In this document: piece by piece, positions 38,996 through 52,409 of the stretch
Numbering within the stretch: position 1 is the stretch's first letter
Layout of the letters: each line of letters begins with the position of its first letter
DNA from: Octopus sinensis
Lineage: Eukaryota
Direction of reading: 5' to 3'
NCBI RefSeq assembly: GCF_006345805.1
Contig: NC_043021.1
Location: 23,002,001-23,066,000, forward strand
DNA: 64,000 nt
Program-made: the position numbers and the translations under genes
Notes under the pieces: generated by a model
Told to the model about the DNA's origin: nothing
The model's input: the letters and a program-made list of their open reading frames with translations, nothing else
The model's database searches: none

Positions 38996-39476
38996 AAATA
39001 GTTACCCAAGGTGACACGCAATGGGACTGAACATGGAACCAGGTGGTTGCGAAGCAAACTGCTACCATGCAGCCACGTTTCTGATGTTATTTAACACAAA
39101 GGCACAACTGGACAGGCCTACATACAATCAAGGGAAATCGAACCGTGAGCAGCCTGTTTATTTAAGAATGGGCGGACGGGGCTCTTGGATCTCATCATCT
39201 ATTGTTTCAGACCTGAAACTGGTTCTCTGATTAAATGCAGAGGATTTAGAAAAAGTTTTATTATCTTTTGGATGGACCCTCCCCACGCCGAATAAACACA
39301 CGCACTGTCTATTCGTTCTTCACTTGTTTATTATTGTTCTTGTTTCATATATGTCCACTGTCTGGATATCTGTGAGCTCTTCAGCGAACCTTTCCACCCA
39401 CGTGTACCCTCTTGCTCCGCCTGATCGATTTTGTGCTTCTATGATATGTATCCTTGCGCATGCGTTTGTTTCTGTA

Positions 39477-39825
39477 TAAGTTAAGTTAATTTTTTGGCTC
39501 AAAAAGCAAAAAGCAAGGCCATGTAGGGGGACATGGAGTTATGTACAGGGTGGTGTTCATGCACAGAGTTCGGGCCATTTCTGGTCAAGAGAGACTTTGA
39601 ACCGAGCGGTCATCGGCATCTTCACTATCTCGTCCGGCAGCTTATTCCACGGATCCGCAACTCAGACGGAGAAAGCCCCTCTCCTTCGATTGAGATGAAA
39701 TCGTCGCAGGTAGAGCTTTTCGGAGTGACCCCGCAGCCGACGCTCTGGAGCAGGAGTGAAGAACAGCTCTTTCGAGAGGTTACACTTTCTGCTTATGATG
39801 TTGTGAGCAAGAATGAGATCACCGT
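39477..39825 (-). mobile_element. CR1-type LINE 3' end
   Basis: DLILAHNIISRKCNLSKELFFTPAPERRLRGHSEKLYLRRFHLNRRRGAFSV*VADPWNKLPDEIV...FKVSLDQKW; terminal (TTAAC)n repeat. Confidence 0.88.
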
Positions 39826-40184
39826 GTACGTGTGTTTTTCTGTGTATGTACGTACACCTGTCTATGTGTTTTTGCATGTGTGTGTGGGGGGGGGGGATTC
39901 CCCAAGTTTGTTTCCTTCTTTAGATTGAATGATTTGTAGCCGCTGTCGCTGTTTGGTGTTAGTTTAGTCCCAGGTCAGCACTGCTCGAGGAGATTTATAC
40001 TCAGAGGTATGCCTACCGTGACCATTTTGTCATTTTGTAAATGAAGCGAAAGCAGGATAAAAATTAACCGACGTTTCGTCTCCTTTTTACTCTTAAGGCG
40101 GTAGGTTTGAGGTTGTCTTAGCTACCATTTTTTTGCACTTCAAAAAATCATTAAAGATACGCTCGTTAGTTGAGAATATAGTAT

Positions 40185-40770
40185 TATGGTAGTAGTGTTA
40201 GTGGTGATGATGTTGTTGCTGGTGTTGGTGGCACTGGCGGTCGCGGTGATGGTGGTGGTAGGGGTAGGTAGTAAAGATTGTGAAGATGGAGGAGGTGATG
40301 GTTGTTTTGGTGGTAATGGTAGTAGCGTTGATGGTGGTGGTGATGATAGTGGTGGTGGCGGTGGTGGTGATGGTGATTTGGTGGTGGTGGTGGTGGTGGT
40401 ATTGATGGTGATGGTGATGATTGTGATGGTGGTGGCGATTTGGTGGTGATTTGGTGGCGGTGGTGGTGGTAGTGATGGTAGTGATGGTGGTGGTGGTGGT
40501 GGTGGTGGTGGTGGTGGTGGTGGTGGTGATGGTGATGATGTTTATGGCGGTGGTTGTAATGTCGTGGGGGATAGTGTCGTTGGTAATAGAGGCGATGATG
40601 ATGGAGGCGGAGACGATGATGATGAAGATGATGATGATGAAGATGAGGACGATGATGAAGATGGGGAAGATGATGAGGACGATGATGATGATGGTGATGG
40701 TGATGGTGGTGGCAGTGTTGGTAGTGGCAATGATTGTGTTGGTGGTAGTAGAGGTGGTGTTATTATCCGT
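40185..40770. repeat. (GGT/GAT)n trinucleotide field
   Basis: Visible repeats. Confidence 0.95.
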
Positions 40771-41419
40771 GGTGGCTGCAAGTGGATTAACCGAATCTCA
40801 CGTATATGCTAAAAGCATTAGAGGGAGGTTTAGGATCATGTGAACCCGTTTGTAATGGTTCCCACATCTAAAATAGACCAAGTACCAACCTGACCCCTAA
40901 CCCCCTCTTCATACAACCCCACTTTGAAGCAAGGCTCTTACTTAATGGGAATGCTCTAGTTCTTTTTATTTGTTTTGTATTATATTACTTATTTGGGCCT
41001 TTTTTTTAAATATTTTTATTGAATTTAATAGTTTTGCCACTCGACATATCTACTTAACACACAGACCGGCTGGAATCAAACCGTATGTGTGTGTGTGTGG
41101 TGTGTGTGTGTGTGTGTGTGTATGCGTGTGCGTGTGTGTATGTATGTGTGTGTCTCTTTCTGTAAGTATATGTTTGTGTGCGTGTGTGTGTGTGTGTGTG
41201 TGTATGCGTGTGTGTGTGCCTGACTCTGTGTGTATTTCCCTTTCTATAAGTACATGTTTGTGTCTGTGTGTTTGCGCGTGTGTCTGTCTATGTATGTCTC
41301 TCTCTTTCAGTAAGTATATGTTTGTGCGTGTGTGTGGGCATGTGCCTGTGTGTGTGTGTGCTTGTGTGTGTGCCTGTAAGTGTATCCGAAGAGAGAAAGA
41401 GAGAGTGACACAGAGAGAG

Positions 41420-41450
<31 letters not shown>

Positions 41451-41479
41451 AGAGCTCGTTTGTGTATACTTTTCTATTC

Positions 41480-41755
41480 TAGGCACAAGGCACGAAATTT
41501 TGGGGGCGGAGGGGCCAATCGATTAGATCGACCCCAGTACGCGGCTGGTACTTAATTTATCGACCCTGAAAGGATGAAAGGCTGACAAAATACCTATTTC
41601 TTTACTACCCACAAGGGGACAAACAAGGACAGGACAAACGGACTAAGTCAATTATATCGACCCCCAGTGCGTAACTGGATCTTCATTTATCGACCCCGAA
41701 AGGATGAAAGGCAAAGTCGACCTCGGCGGAATTTGAACTCAGAACGTAACGGCTC
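41480..41755 (-). mobile_element. SINE A partial dimer
   Basis: Contains aaatacctatttctttactaccc junction. Confidence 0.85.
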
Positions 41756-41899
41756 GTTCGTTTGTGTATTACGTGTGACAGACTTGTCAGTAAAAGCGGG
41801 CATGATTGTGTGTATGTGTTTGAGTGCGCCTCTGTATGTGTGTGTGTGTGTGTGTGTATGTATGTGTGTGTATTTGTGAGTGCCTGTGTGTGTGTGTGT

Positions 41900-41938
<39 letters not shown>

Positions 41939-42052
41939 AAGGTGGTTGTGTGTATATGTGTATGCGTGTCTCTCTGTGCCTGTGTGTGTTTACTTTTTCG
42001 TCCCTTGTCGGTCGCGTGTTTTTATTCGTACTCTTGTGCAAGGCAGAGAAAT

Positions 42053-42087
<35 letters not shown>

Positions 42088-42457
42088 GTGAGTGAGTAAG
42101 AGGGGGGTACAGAGAGCGAGAAATAAAGAAAACAGACAGACAGACAGACAGACGGACTGGCAGACAGACGGAGAATGTTTGTCGACGTCAGTGAAACATT
42201 AAATTTGTGTATGCGTATAAGCATGTATCCCTGTATGTGTGCGTGTGTGTGTGTATCTGTGTGTTGTTGTTGTTGTTATTGCTACTTGTTGAGCCTGGAT
42301 TTTGCATTCGTGTGTGTAGATGTGTGTATACATCCTCTCGTATTTCTCTTCGTGTGCCTGTTTATGTGTTCGTGTGTGTATATATATGTGTGTGCATGGC
42401 CGTTCATTTCCATGTATTTATGTGTGTGTGAGTGTTTATGTATGTGTGTGTGTATGT

Positions 42458-42509
<52 letters not shown>

Positions 42510-42936
42510 TGGTATGCACGCATGTATTTGTTTTTACACCCTAACTTTAATGTTTTTTAAATTTGTGTGTGTATATATAACTGGCAATATAAACATGTTT
42601 ATCTCGTATAATCAATGGTTGTTTGTGCAAGTATCTTGGTATGTATGTGTGTGTTTGTTTGTTTGTGTTTGTTTGTGTGTGTTGGTGTGTGTGACCTATA
42701 TAAGAGGGACGATGAAATTCCATACTTGTGATTATGGCATAATTCTAAAGTTGATATTTTTTTTTTGTTGTTGTTATGTGTATCCTGTTTGTGATTTTAT
42801 GTTTGTATATATGTCTGTGTGCATTTTTGCGCGTGTGCGTATGTGTGTATCTGTTTGCGCGTATGTGTGCGTGGTTCTCAATACATATGTTTATCTCAAA
42901 CTATGAATATTGTTTGTCCGTTTACGAACACACAAC

Positions 42937-42969
<33 letters not shown>

Positions 42970-43039
42970 ACACACACATACACACACACACACACTCATA
43001 CACACACATTCACAAACATTCGCACACGCATGTATATGT

Positions 43040-43411
43040 GTATGTCGTTGTTCAGTTTTATTTCAAATGATATCTTGCCCAAAGAGAAAGAGCCGGTTTC
43101 TAACCTAGACCCAAGTCTCCTTCATTCAACTTTCAACATCAACAACAGGGTATGTATGTATGTATATATGTATGTATGTATATATGTATGTATGCAGATT
43201 TGTATGTTTTGTTTTATGTATGCATTCTCATGCATATAGTTGCATAGGCACAGGAGTGGCTGTGTGGTAAATAGCTTGCTAACCAACCACATGGTTCCGG
43301 GTTCAGTCCCACTGCGTGGCATCTTGGGCAAGTGTCTTCTCCTATAGCCCCGGGCCGACCAATGCCTTGTGAGTGGATTTGGTACACGGAAACTGAAAGA
43401 AGTCTGTCGTA

Positions 43412-43455
<44 letters not shown>

Positions 43456-43988
43456 GGGGGGGTGTCTCTGTTTGTCCTCCTGGCATTGCTAGACAATCGA
43501 TGCTGGTGTGTTTACGTCCCCCTCACTTAGCGGTTTGGCAAAAGAGACCGATAGAATAAGTACTGGGCTTACAAAGAATAAGTCCCGGGGTCGATTTGAT
43601 CGACTAAAGGCGGTGCTCCAGCATGGCCGCAGTCAAATGACTGAAACAACTAAAAGAGTAAAATAGTATATCTAGACATGATCGTATATATTTAAACGAT
43701 AAACTTGTGGAAAGTTTTACAGATCTTTACTGTTCCAGTGATTGATTAGATCTATAGTCCACAAATCAGTTTTCTCCTTTCCGGATTTGAGAAGCCTAAT
43801 TTCTTAAGATTCCATTTACGAAGTATGTATGTCATTATTCTGTTTATTTCAAGATTTGTTGTCAAGAAAGAACCGGTTTCTAACTCAGATCCAAGGTCCC
43901 TTCATTGGAATTTCAACAGCAACGACAGGTTATTTCTGTATGTATGTATGTATGTATGTATGTATGTATGTATGTATGTATGTATATG

Positions 43989-44020
<32 letters not shown>

Positions 44021-44235
44021 TGCGCAGATTTATATGCTTTATGTATGTATAATCATGCATATAGTTGCACATCTAGACATGCTCATATATATTTAAATGA
44101 TAAACCTCTGGAAAGTTTTACAGATTTTTCCAGTTCCAGTGATGGATGGGATCTGTAGTCTTCGAATTAGCTTTCTCCTTTGTGTTTTTGAGAATACTAA
44201 TTTCTCAAGATTGGTATTTAGGCAGTGAGTTACAT
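43040..44235 (-). mobile_element. Two head-to-tail 3' ends of an RLE-type (R2/R4/NeSL group) LINE in (CATA)n
   Basis: NLKKLGFSNPERRKLI...SITGTVKICKTFHKFIV* (stop at 43692) and YVTHCLNTNLEKLVFSKTQRRKLIRRLQIPSITGTGKICKTFQRFII*, each followed by the same 3'UTR. Confidence 0.78.
43248..43666 (+). mobile_element. SINE B full-length, nested in the LINE 3'UTR
   Basis: Interrupts gttgca...atctagacatg, which is intact at 44064-44082. Confidence 0.92.
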
Positions 44236-44859
44236 ATCACAGTGTATGTATGCTCTCTCCTGTCTTGTTTTTAATTATTTTAAATTCTATTTCTGAGGTA
44301 GGAGCTGTTTTCTACTCAGAAAATGTTTGCAGAATTTAACTGTTCCACTTACGGACTGAACTGGTAATATGCTACCTAGTAGCCATCCCTTTAGTGTCCT
44401 CAATATATCTAAGTATTTCGGTGTCGATAAATTAAGTACCAGTTGTGGACTTGGGTCGATCTAATCGACTTAGCCCCCTCCCCGAACTTGCTGGCCGTGT
44501 GACGTAATTTGAAACTTATCTCCTTAAGCATAATTAAGACTGAAGTCTCGTCAAAGCCAACTTTTTTCGAAGAAAAGTGGGACCCGTTTGTATAATCTGA
44601 TAGTGCGGAAAATTTGCACTTTTTGTTCTTTCCTGATAATCCTAGCTTATCCAGATTGTTAGTTAGGTGCTTATTCACTTAAACTAGTGCACCAATTATC
44701 ATTGGCATAAACGTGGTGGTGGTGGTGGTGGTGGTGGGGAGCCAGAAGGAAAGGACCTTCTCGAGCCAGCGACTAACAAGTCCGATTTTCTGGATTTAGT
44801 GGCAAATATTTTTTATCCGCTGGGGGGAGGGGGAACTCCTGTCCTTTGCGTGATTACAC

Positions 44860-44992
44860 TGAGTGAAGTAGAACTGTATGAAGTAATTTGTTTTGTTCAA
44901 GAACACGACGTATCGGCCGATCCAGGATTACAAACCACAATCCTACAATCATGAGTGCAACACCATAACCACTACGCCACGCCCTCCACTCG
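44860..44992 (-). mobile_element. SINE D head fragment
   Basis: tcaagaacacgac...aaccacaatcctac...accataaccactacgccacgccctcca. Confidence 0.7.
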
Positions 44993-45004
44993 CCATCTCT
45001 TTTA

Positions 45005-45135
45005 TCTCTTACTTGTTTCAGTCATTTGACTGTGGCCATGCCGGAGCACCACCTGTAGGCGAGCAAATCGACCCCAGGACTTATTCTTTGGAAGCCTAGT
45101 ACTTATTCTTTTGGTCTCTTTTGCCGAAACGCTAA
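45005..45135 (-). mobile_element. SINE B tail fragment
   Basis: ttacttgtttcagtcatttgactgtggccatgccggagcacc. Confidence 0.85.
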
Positions 45136-45805
45136 TATATATTGTCTTCAATATATCTAAGTATTTCGGTGTCGATAAACTAAGTACCAGTTGCGGACTG
45201 GGGTCGATCTAAACGACTTATCCCCCTCCCCGACCTTGCTGGCCTTGTGCCGTAAAATGAAACTTATCTCATTAAGCATAATTAAGACTGAGACAAAAAT
45301 AGAACGTCTCGTCGAAGCCAAACTTTTTTCGAAGAAAAGTGAGACCCCGTTTGTATAATCTGAGGGTGCGGAAAATTTGCACTTAAAATATGTGTGGAGG
45401 TCATGGCCAGAGCGCATTTAACTACTAAACCTTGTGTATAATCGATCAGAGCCAATCCGGGGTTCTTCATCTTCCTCATCATCATCATCGTCATCATCAT
45501 TTATGACATCGTCGCCATGATTATCATTCACAATGGCAACATTAATAAAATCGAAATATTTCATGAGACGTCTTTGTATTCCAAAATAATGGAAAGCCAT
45601 GGCTCCGTACAAACGGAAATACAACAGCAGCTCTTGTTGTTGTAGTAGTAGTAGTAGTAGTAGTAGTGATTGTAGTAGTAGTAGTAGTAGTAGTAGTAGC
45701 TATTACTATTGTTAGTGTTGTTGTCGTTTAGCCACAGGACGTCAGTCATCAATATAAATATAGATAGATGGACAAGCATATGTAGGCATGTGTATATATG
45801 TGTTT

Positions 45806-45838
<33 letters not shown>

Positions 45839-46304
45839 ACAACAATAGAAGCAACAGCAACAACAACAACACCAGCAAGAAGAAGTTACTTATTCCTGTG
45901 CGACGCGGTTTCGATTCGAGGTCGATACAAGTTCACTCAACTGATTGAGTTAATCTTATTAAAAGAAACATGAAAGTTATTATAAATCTCCCATTTCTCC
46001 CCTAAAATTACAAAAGCAAAAGAACTATATTAATTATTTATGAAATTGATGTACATCCTCCGTCGCTTTCCACGATGGCAATACAGTTGTTCTATCAAAT
46101 AAGTTACGTAACTTTGCTCGCATAGAAATAATTTGTTGACCATTGCCAATTAACGTAAAAATGTATGTGTATTCGATTAGCGTAATTTACGTACTCGTTC
46201 TGTGTGTCGTAATTTGTGGTGAAGTTCTAACTTTTGATTAAAAAAAATGTGAATAGCTGTTTTTAGAATTCAAAATTATTTAACAAGTTGAACTTTAGCA
46301 ATAT

Positions 46305-46716
46305 GCGCAGGAGTGGCTGTGTGGTAGGTAGCTTGCTAACCAACCACATGGTTCCGGGTTCAGTTCCACTGCGTGGCATCTTGGGCAAGTGTCTTCTGCT
46401 ATAGCCCCGGGCCGACCAATGCCTTTGAGTGGATTTGGTAGACGGAAACTGAAAGAAGCCTGTCGTATATATCTATATATATATATATGTATGTATGTGT
46501 GTGTTTGTGTGTCTGTGTTTATCCCCCTAGCATTGCTTGACAACCGATGCTGGTGTGTTTACGTCCCCGTCACTTAGCGGTTCGGCAAAAGAGACCGATA
46601 GAATAAGTACTGGGCTTACAAAGAATAATTCCTGGGGGTCGATTTGCTCGACTAAACGCGGTGCTCCAGCATGGCCGCAGTCAAATGACTGAAACAAGTA
46701 AAAGAGTAAAAGAGTA
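46305..46716 (+). mobile_element. SINE B full-length, near-consensus
   Basis: A-box-like tggctgtgtggt, B-box-like ggttcagttcc, CORE-like cttgggcaagtgtctt, short internal microsatellite, tail ending (aaaagagt)2. Confidence 0.94.
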
Positions 46717-46883
46717 TAATAAATATGTTGAAATAATAAAGAATTTGGTAAAATAAATCTGGTGTTTCAAAGATTAACGGGAAGGTTCTACGGAAAGTGA
46801 GAAATAAGTTCACATTAAAATGGAACGTTTGTATCATAAAACTAGTGGAGGTCCCAGGCCTACTGATATCAAAGGCCTGAGAT

Positions 46884-46965
46884 ATACTGTTTTTCCGACA
46901 TACAAGTCGAATTTTTGAGGCAAAAACTTACAGCCAAAAATGATTTGGTCGATTTATACACCGAG
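46884..46965 (+). mobile_element. pogo/Tigger-like terminal repeat fragment
   Basis: tactgtttttccgacatacaagtcgaatttttgagg resembles pogo-type termini; no partner end seen. Confidence 0.4.
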
Positions 46966-47431
46966 ACAGCACTGGATGTCTAAAAGTTCCATATGAAATG
47001 CAGTTTGATTTGAAAAGTTAGCACGATGTTTATATGCTTACTCTGCATGTTTGCAATAACTACTGTGTCGACTAATCTGCCGGAAAAGGCAATAACATCA
47101 ACGGAATTATAATGGTTAGTGATTTTCTTCCTTCAAATGCTGTAAATTTTGTTCAGAATTTCCCAAATATGTAGCCATAACGGATGCCTCCGCTGCTCCA
47201 ACTCTGGTGCACTCCATAGTGAATGATCTTTAGTTTAACTGATATCTTGCTGCTGTTTCTAGCAGTTGAACCGACCATCTTGAGACTCCTCTATTTACAC
47301 AAATAACTGAGATCGACATGCTCTCTCTTTTTTTCCTCTCTATTTCTCTCCTTCTCTCTCCCTCCTTTCTCTCTGTAGATATTTCTCTCTCTTATCCCTC
47401 TTTACCCTTACCTCTCTCTCTCTATTTTTCT

Positions 47432-47471
<40 letters not shown>

Positions 47472-48747
47472 TCCCAGTTTATCTCTCGGACTTTCTCCTT
47501 ACTCATTTCATATTACTTTCCAAAGTCGACTTCCAGAACTTTCGGAGACGTAAATATAATTTATCTTTTCCATTCTCCGTTGCACGCATTTGCAAATAAT
47601 TCTGTGACGTCGCTTGGATATATTTTGAGTAATATTTCACAGTTTTTTGTTTATTTTGCTATTTTTTGTACCAGGTCAAACGACTATGTGGTCCCTCCTA
47701 TATTTGTACAGATAATTGCATTTGACATGTGCTCTCTTCGCTGAGTTCAAAAACTTTCAAAAGTTGACTTTCAGAACTTTGGAGACGTAAAAATATTTTA
47801 GTCGACCAGTAATACGCCCGGTCGATTTAATCGTCTGTCTTTTTTGGTTAGTTCCATCGAGTAATTGGCCTTCTGCCCAACTTTGATATCAGAATAATGG
47901 ACTCTCACTTTGGCACCGAACCAAATATGTATGTCTAGTTGGGTATATTTGTTTGATTCGATTCCATTACATCTCTGATACTGATTTTATCGACCCGAGA
48001 GCGCTTCACTATAATTATGGGTAGGACATTTAATTCTACTATGTTACATCAGTCCATACCGTTTTGGAGGGGAAGGAACAGGGTGTGGTATTAAATATTG
48101 CACTTTTCTGCATATGTTACGCGTAAATAGTCTAGTGTACAAGTTGAGATTTACATTTTTATTATTTTTTTGTAAGTTTTTTTCTAGTTTTGTATGCTTC
48201 TTTTTTGTTTTTGTTATTTTTATTTTTTTTCATTTTTATACTTAATGAAAATACATTGTAATTTAATGATATTGGAAAGTTTCCTAGGGATCCCTTCCGC
48301 ATGAAGAACTTATAGTTAAGTAATAATAAGAAAATACATTAGGGTAAATGATACTTCTGTTGGAGGTAGGTAAATGAGAGAACTGAACGAAAACCAATCA
48401 ATAACGGAAAAAACACATTTAAGTTTGGCCAACATAACACTAATCTAAAAGAACAAAGTTTTTAAACGTTTAGAGTTTGTATTGCTTCAATTTGCCTGTC
48501 TGCCAGAGACAACTCAGTAGACTTTTCTGGAAGGTAATCTGTGATTGCTACGCAACACTTCCAGGAAATGCATTATTTCTTATCTACTATTGCATAACTT
48601 TAATTGATCTATATCGTAAGGCAGAATACTTCTACGTCTCGTTATTTCGCTTAAAGACAACGTGAGGGAACTTTCTGGAAATTTCGCTACACTAGCTTTA
48701 AGTGTTTTAAATGATATTCGAAATGACTTACGAATCAAATATTATAC

Positions 48748-48987
48748 AAGGCGGCGAGTTGGCAGAAACGTTAGCACACCGGGCGAAATGCTTAGCGGTA
48801 TTTCGTCTGACGCTACGTTCTGAGTTCAAATTCCACCGAGGTCGACTTTGCCTTTCATACATATAGACATATATGTCGATTAAATAAGTACCAGTTACGC
48901 ATTGGAGTCGATATAATTGACTTAATTCGTTTGTCTGTCCTTGTTTGTCCACTCTATGTTTAGCCCTTTGTGGGTAGTAAAGAAATA
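48748..48987 (+). mobile_element. SINE A full copy with imperfect TSD
   Basis: Flanked by caaatattatac / caaatattgtag. Confidence 0.9.
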
Positions 48988-50199
48988 CAAATATTGTAGA
49001 TGGCTCATTGATGAGTATCCGGGAGCAGCATAATGCTGCATTGCATCATTTCGTCTGCTATACAATCTGCGATACAATATTTACCAGAATTTTCCAGAAA
49101 TCTACCTTCAGTAGTCGAGCGTCATCTCCACAAAGAGTTTTAAATATCATTCTAACTGACGTACGTTTCACAGTTTACTCTGATAAGGAGAGCACATATG
49201 TTGAAAATATAAAGGAATGAGACCCCTATGAGGTCACGCGCTGTGCTGAAAATCCACCATACTCTCACATCAAGCACAATACTTTTGAAAAGAAGAAACA
49301 GTTACATTAGTTAATGAAAACATACGTGTGTGTATGCGCGTGTGTGTATGTGTGTGTGTGTGTGTGTTTGTGTAAGATAAGATAGGAAAAGAAATGGAGC
49401 AACAATTAACAATTAGAAGTTGATCATTGGTATTAGAATGTCATAGTTTAATTGTAGTTCAAGAACATTTTAAAGCTGTTTCGGTTTGTTATTTGGAAGT
49501 AAATTTGCATTTATCTCGTGCCATTTAACAAACATCGTCAGAATGATTTAGAGTTTATCTAAGGAATATAGATTGGAGAAAAATGGAAATAAAAAGAAAC
49601 AGAAAAATGAAGAAAAAAAAGCAGAAGTTCGTTTAAGTCTTTAGGCTTACATTTTCGTGTCCTTTTTGGGCTCCACGTGTGTGTACGTTTTTTCAATTAG
49701 ATGAATCAATTGCGGCCACATTTTATAAACGTGTCTTCTCCTGTTTAGTTTTTCACACTTATCACCATAACAGAGTAAAGAGCTCATGTCCCCAGGATGG
49801 GATCACTGCACTATTTTAGAATACATGATGGTTTGACTAAGTGTTATTATGTTTGTTTATCTTTCATGTTAAAGGAAGGAGTGTAGGAGATAAGGATTGC
49901 TATACAACGGCTCCATGGCTTCTTTCAATGGTTTTCGTTTTTCCTCCTTTGTAAGCAGTGTGTGGTCTATAATGATAGGAATTGCCTTGTTTTGTGGCCT
50001 TTGTAGAGAATTCTCATTTGTTGCAGACACATTGCAAAACCATTAATGTTCCTTGTGCTTTTGTATTGCCATTATTTGCTGTTTGTTTTTGGCGTTGTCA
50101 AGCAAACCCAGATTTAACCAGTCTATGAGCAACAGTTTTCCACTTGTAGCCATCCGTGTTATTACAACCGGAATTAAAATTAAACATACATATATGTCA

Positions 50200-50274
<75 letters not shown>

Positions 50275-50276
<2 letters not shown>

Positions 50277-50504
50277 AGGCGGCGAGCTGGCAGAAACGTT
50301 AGCGCGCCGGGCGAAATGCGTAGCGGTATTTCGTCTGCCGCTACGTTCTGAGTTCAAATTCCGCCGAGGTTCGACTTTGCCTTTCATCCTTTCGGGGTCG
50401 ATTAAATAAGTACCCGTTACGCACTGGGGTCGATGTAATCGACTTAATCCGTGTGTCTATCCTGGTTGTCCTCTTTTTATTTAGCCCCTTGTGAGTAGTA
50501 AAGA
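50275..50504 (+). mobile_element. SINE A full copy between microsatellites
   Basis: Near-consensus sequence. Confidence 0.93.
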
Positions 50505-50542
50505 ATATATATATATGTGTGAATATATATATATAATTATAT

Positions 50543-50582
<40 letters not shown>

Positions 50583-50839
50583 CGCACACACGGAAGTATG
50601 GCGGTGCAGTGATGATGGTGGCGTTGTGCTTAGCGTTTGCATATACGTTATTGCTCTAGTTATTAGTTCCTTGTTCTTTGTTTTTGTTGGTGATGGTCAT
50701 CTCCCTACTATTATGTCTATGTGTATGGTATGTATGTATTATGTATGTAAGTACGACAGTATTGTATGATATCTCTTATGTATGTATTCTCATGCATGCA
50801 CATGAGAATACATACATAAGAGATACCATACAATACATG

Positions 50840-51012
50840 CATTTGTAAACAAGTTCATATATATTTAAGTAAAAAAAATTCTGTAAAGTTTTACAGATTT
50901 TTACAGTTCCAGTGATAGCTTGGCTTTGTAGTTTTCGAATCAGCTTTCTCCTTTCTGGTTTTGAGAAGCCTAAATTCCTAAGATTGAGATTAAGGCAGTG
51001 TGTTATATATTT
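50840..51012 (-). mobile_element. RLE-type LINE 3' end (third copy)
   Basis: GAL/YITHCLNLNLRNLGFSKPERRKLIRKLQSQAITGTVKICKTLQNF. Confidence 0.8.
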
Positions 51013-51164
51013 CAGTGCCCCAATAATTACAGGTATAAAACTGAACTTGTAATCTGTATGTATACATGTATGTATCTATGGATGTATGCATGTATACATA
51101 TATGTATGTATGTTTGTATGTGTGCATGCATGTGTGAATGTTTTTGATACAGATGTCTTAGGCG

Positions 51165-51420
51165 CCTGGCTTAATGGTTAGGCGTGTTACGTCCTTGAGC
51201 AAGACACTCTATTTCTCGTTTCTCCTGTCCACTCACGAGGCAAGTATGAGTCGTACCTGTATTTCAAATGACCAATCATGTCACATTCCCTCTCAGAACG
51301 GCGTTAAAAGTACGCATGTCTGCAGCGGGATCCGCATCTTGCACGCTCGTTTCGTGAGCTAGTGGTTCCGCTGTTTGGATTAACTAGATCACCTATCGTC
51401 GCTAACGACGGAGAGCCAGA
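51165..51420 (+). mobile_element. Degenerate SINE D
   Basis: gtccttgagcaagacactctatttc...cgtcgctaacgacggagagcca. Confidence 0.72.
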
Positions 51421-51725
51421 CTTCTCTGTGTAAACGGACAGATATATTTGTGTGTGTATGATTACTTATATATGTATGTGAGCGTGTGTCTTTATATGTC
51501 TCTACCTGTATGGATGGATATACAACAATATCTGTTTGTGTGCGTGTGTATGTTTGTGCGTGTGTGTGTGTGCATATGTGTGTGTACGTACATGTTAATA
51601 TGTACATGCCAGCGTCAATATGTTTGTGTTGGTATACATATATATCTGTATGTATGTGTGTATGATTGTTTGTTTGTGTTTATATCTAAATGTGTATATG
51701 CGCTAGAGTTTATAAATGTATGCTA

Positions 51726-51767
<42 letters not shown>

Positions 51768-51933
51768 GTCTCTTTGTTGAAAATTGTGTTTGTTGTCGTG
51801 TTTATATGTACATGTGTGTGTATGAATATATGTAACAATATGTTTGTGTTTATATACACATGTATATGTGCCTGGGTGTGTCTATTTGCGTGCGTGCGTG
51901 CGTGCGAGTGTGTGTGTGTGTCTGTGTGTGTGT

Positions 51934-51965
<32 letters not shown>

Positions 51966-52134
51966 TGTGTGTCCGATCAGGTCTATATGTTTCACTAATT
52001 TCTATCAATACAATATAAACACGCGCCATCTTTTTCGTTGGTGTGGTTAATCGATGTTTCATCAAATCGATACATTCAATACACAAAATTGATTTATTTG
52101 ATGATCTCAGACCACAAACATTATAAGTTATCAT

Positions 52135-52165
<31 letters not shown>

Positions 52166-52348
52166 AGCAGCGCATCAAACATTTCTCTCCTTTTCATCGT
52201 TGTTTTAATAACCCCTCTCACGCTCCGTCACTCTCTCTCTCTCTCTCCCTCTCTCGCCTATTTCTCTCTTTCTTCTCTCTTTGTCCTGTTATCTATGTAT
52301 CTACCTATCTATCTATTTGCCTGTCGTCTGTCTGTCTGTCCCTCTATA

Positions 52349-52409
<61 letters not shown>

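Noticed and set aside
40564-40812. Asp/Gly-rich ORF
   Set aside because: It is a (GAT/GGT)n microsatellite.
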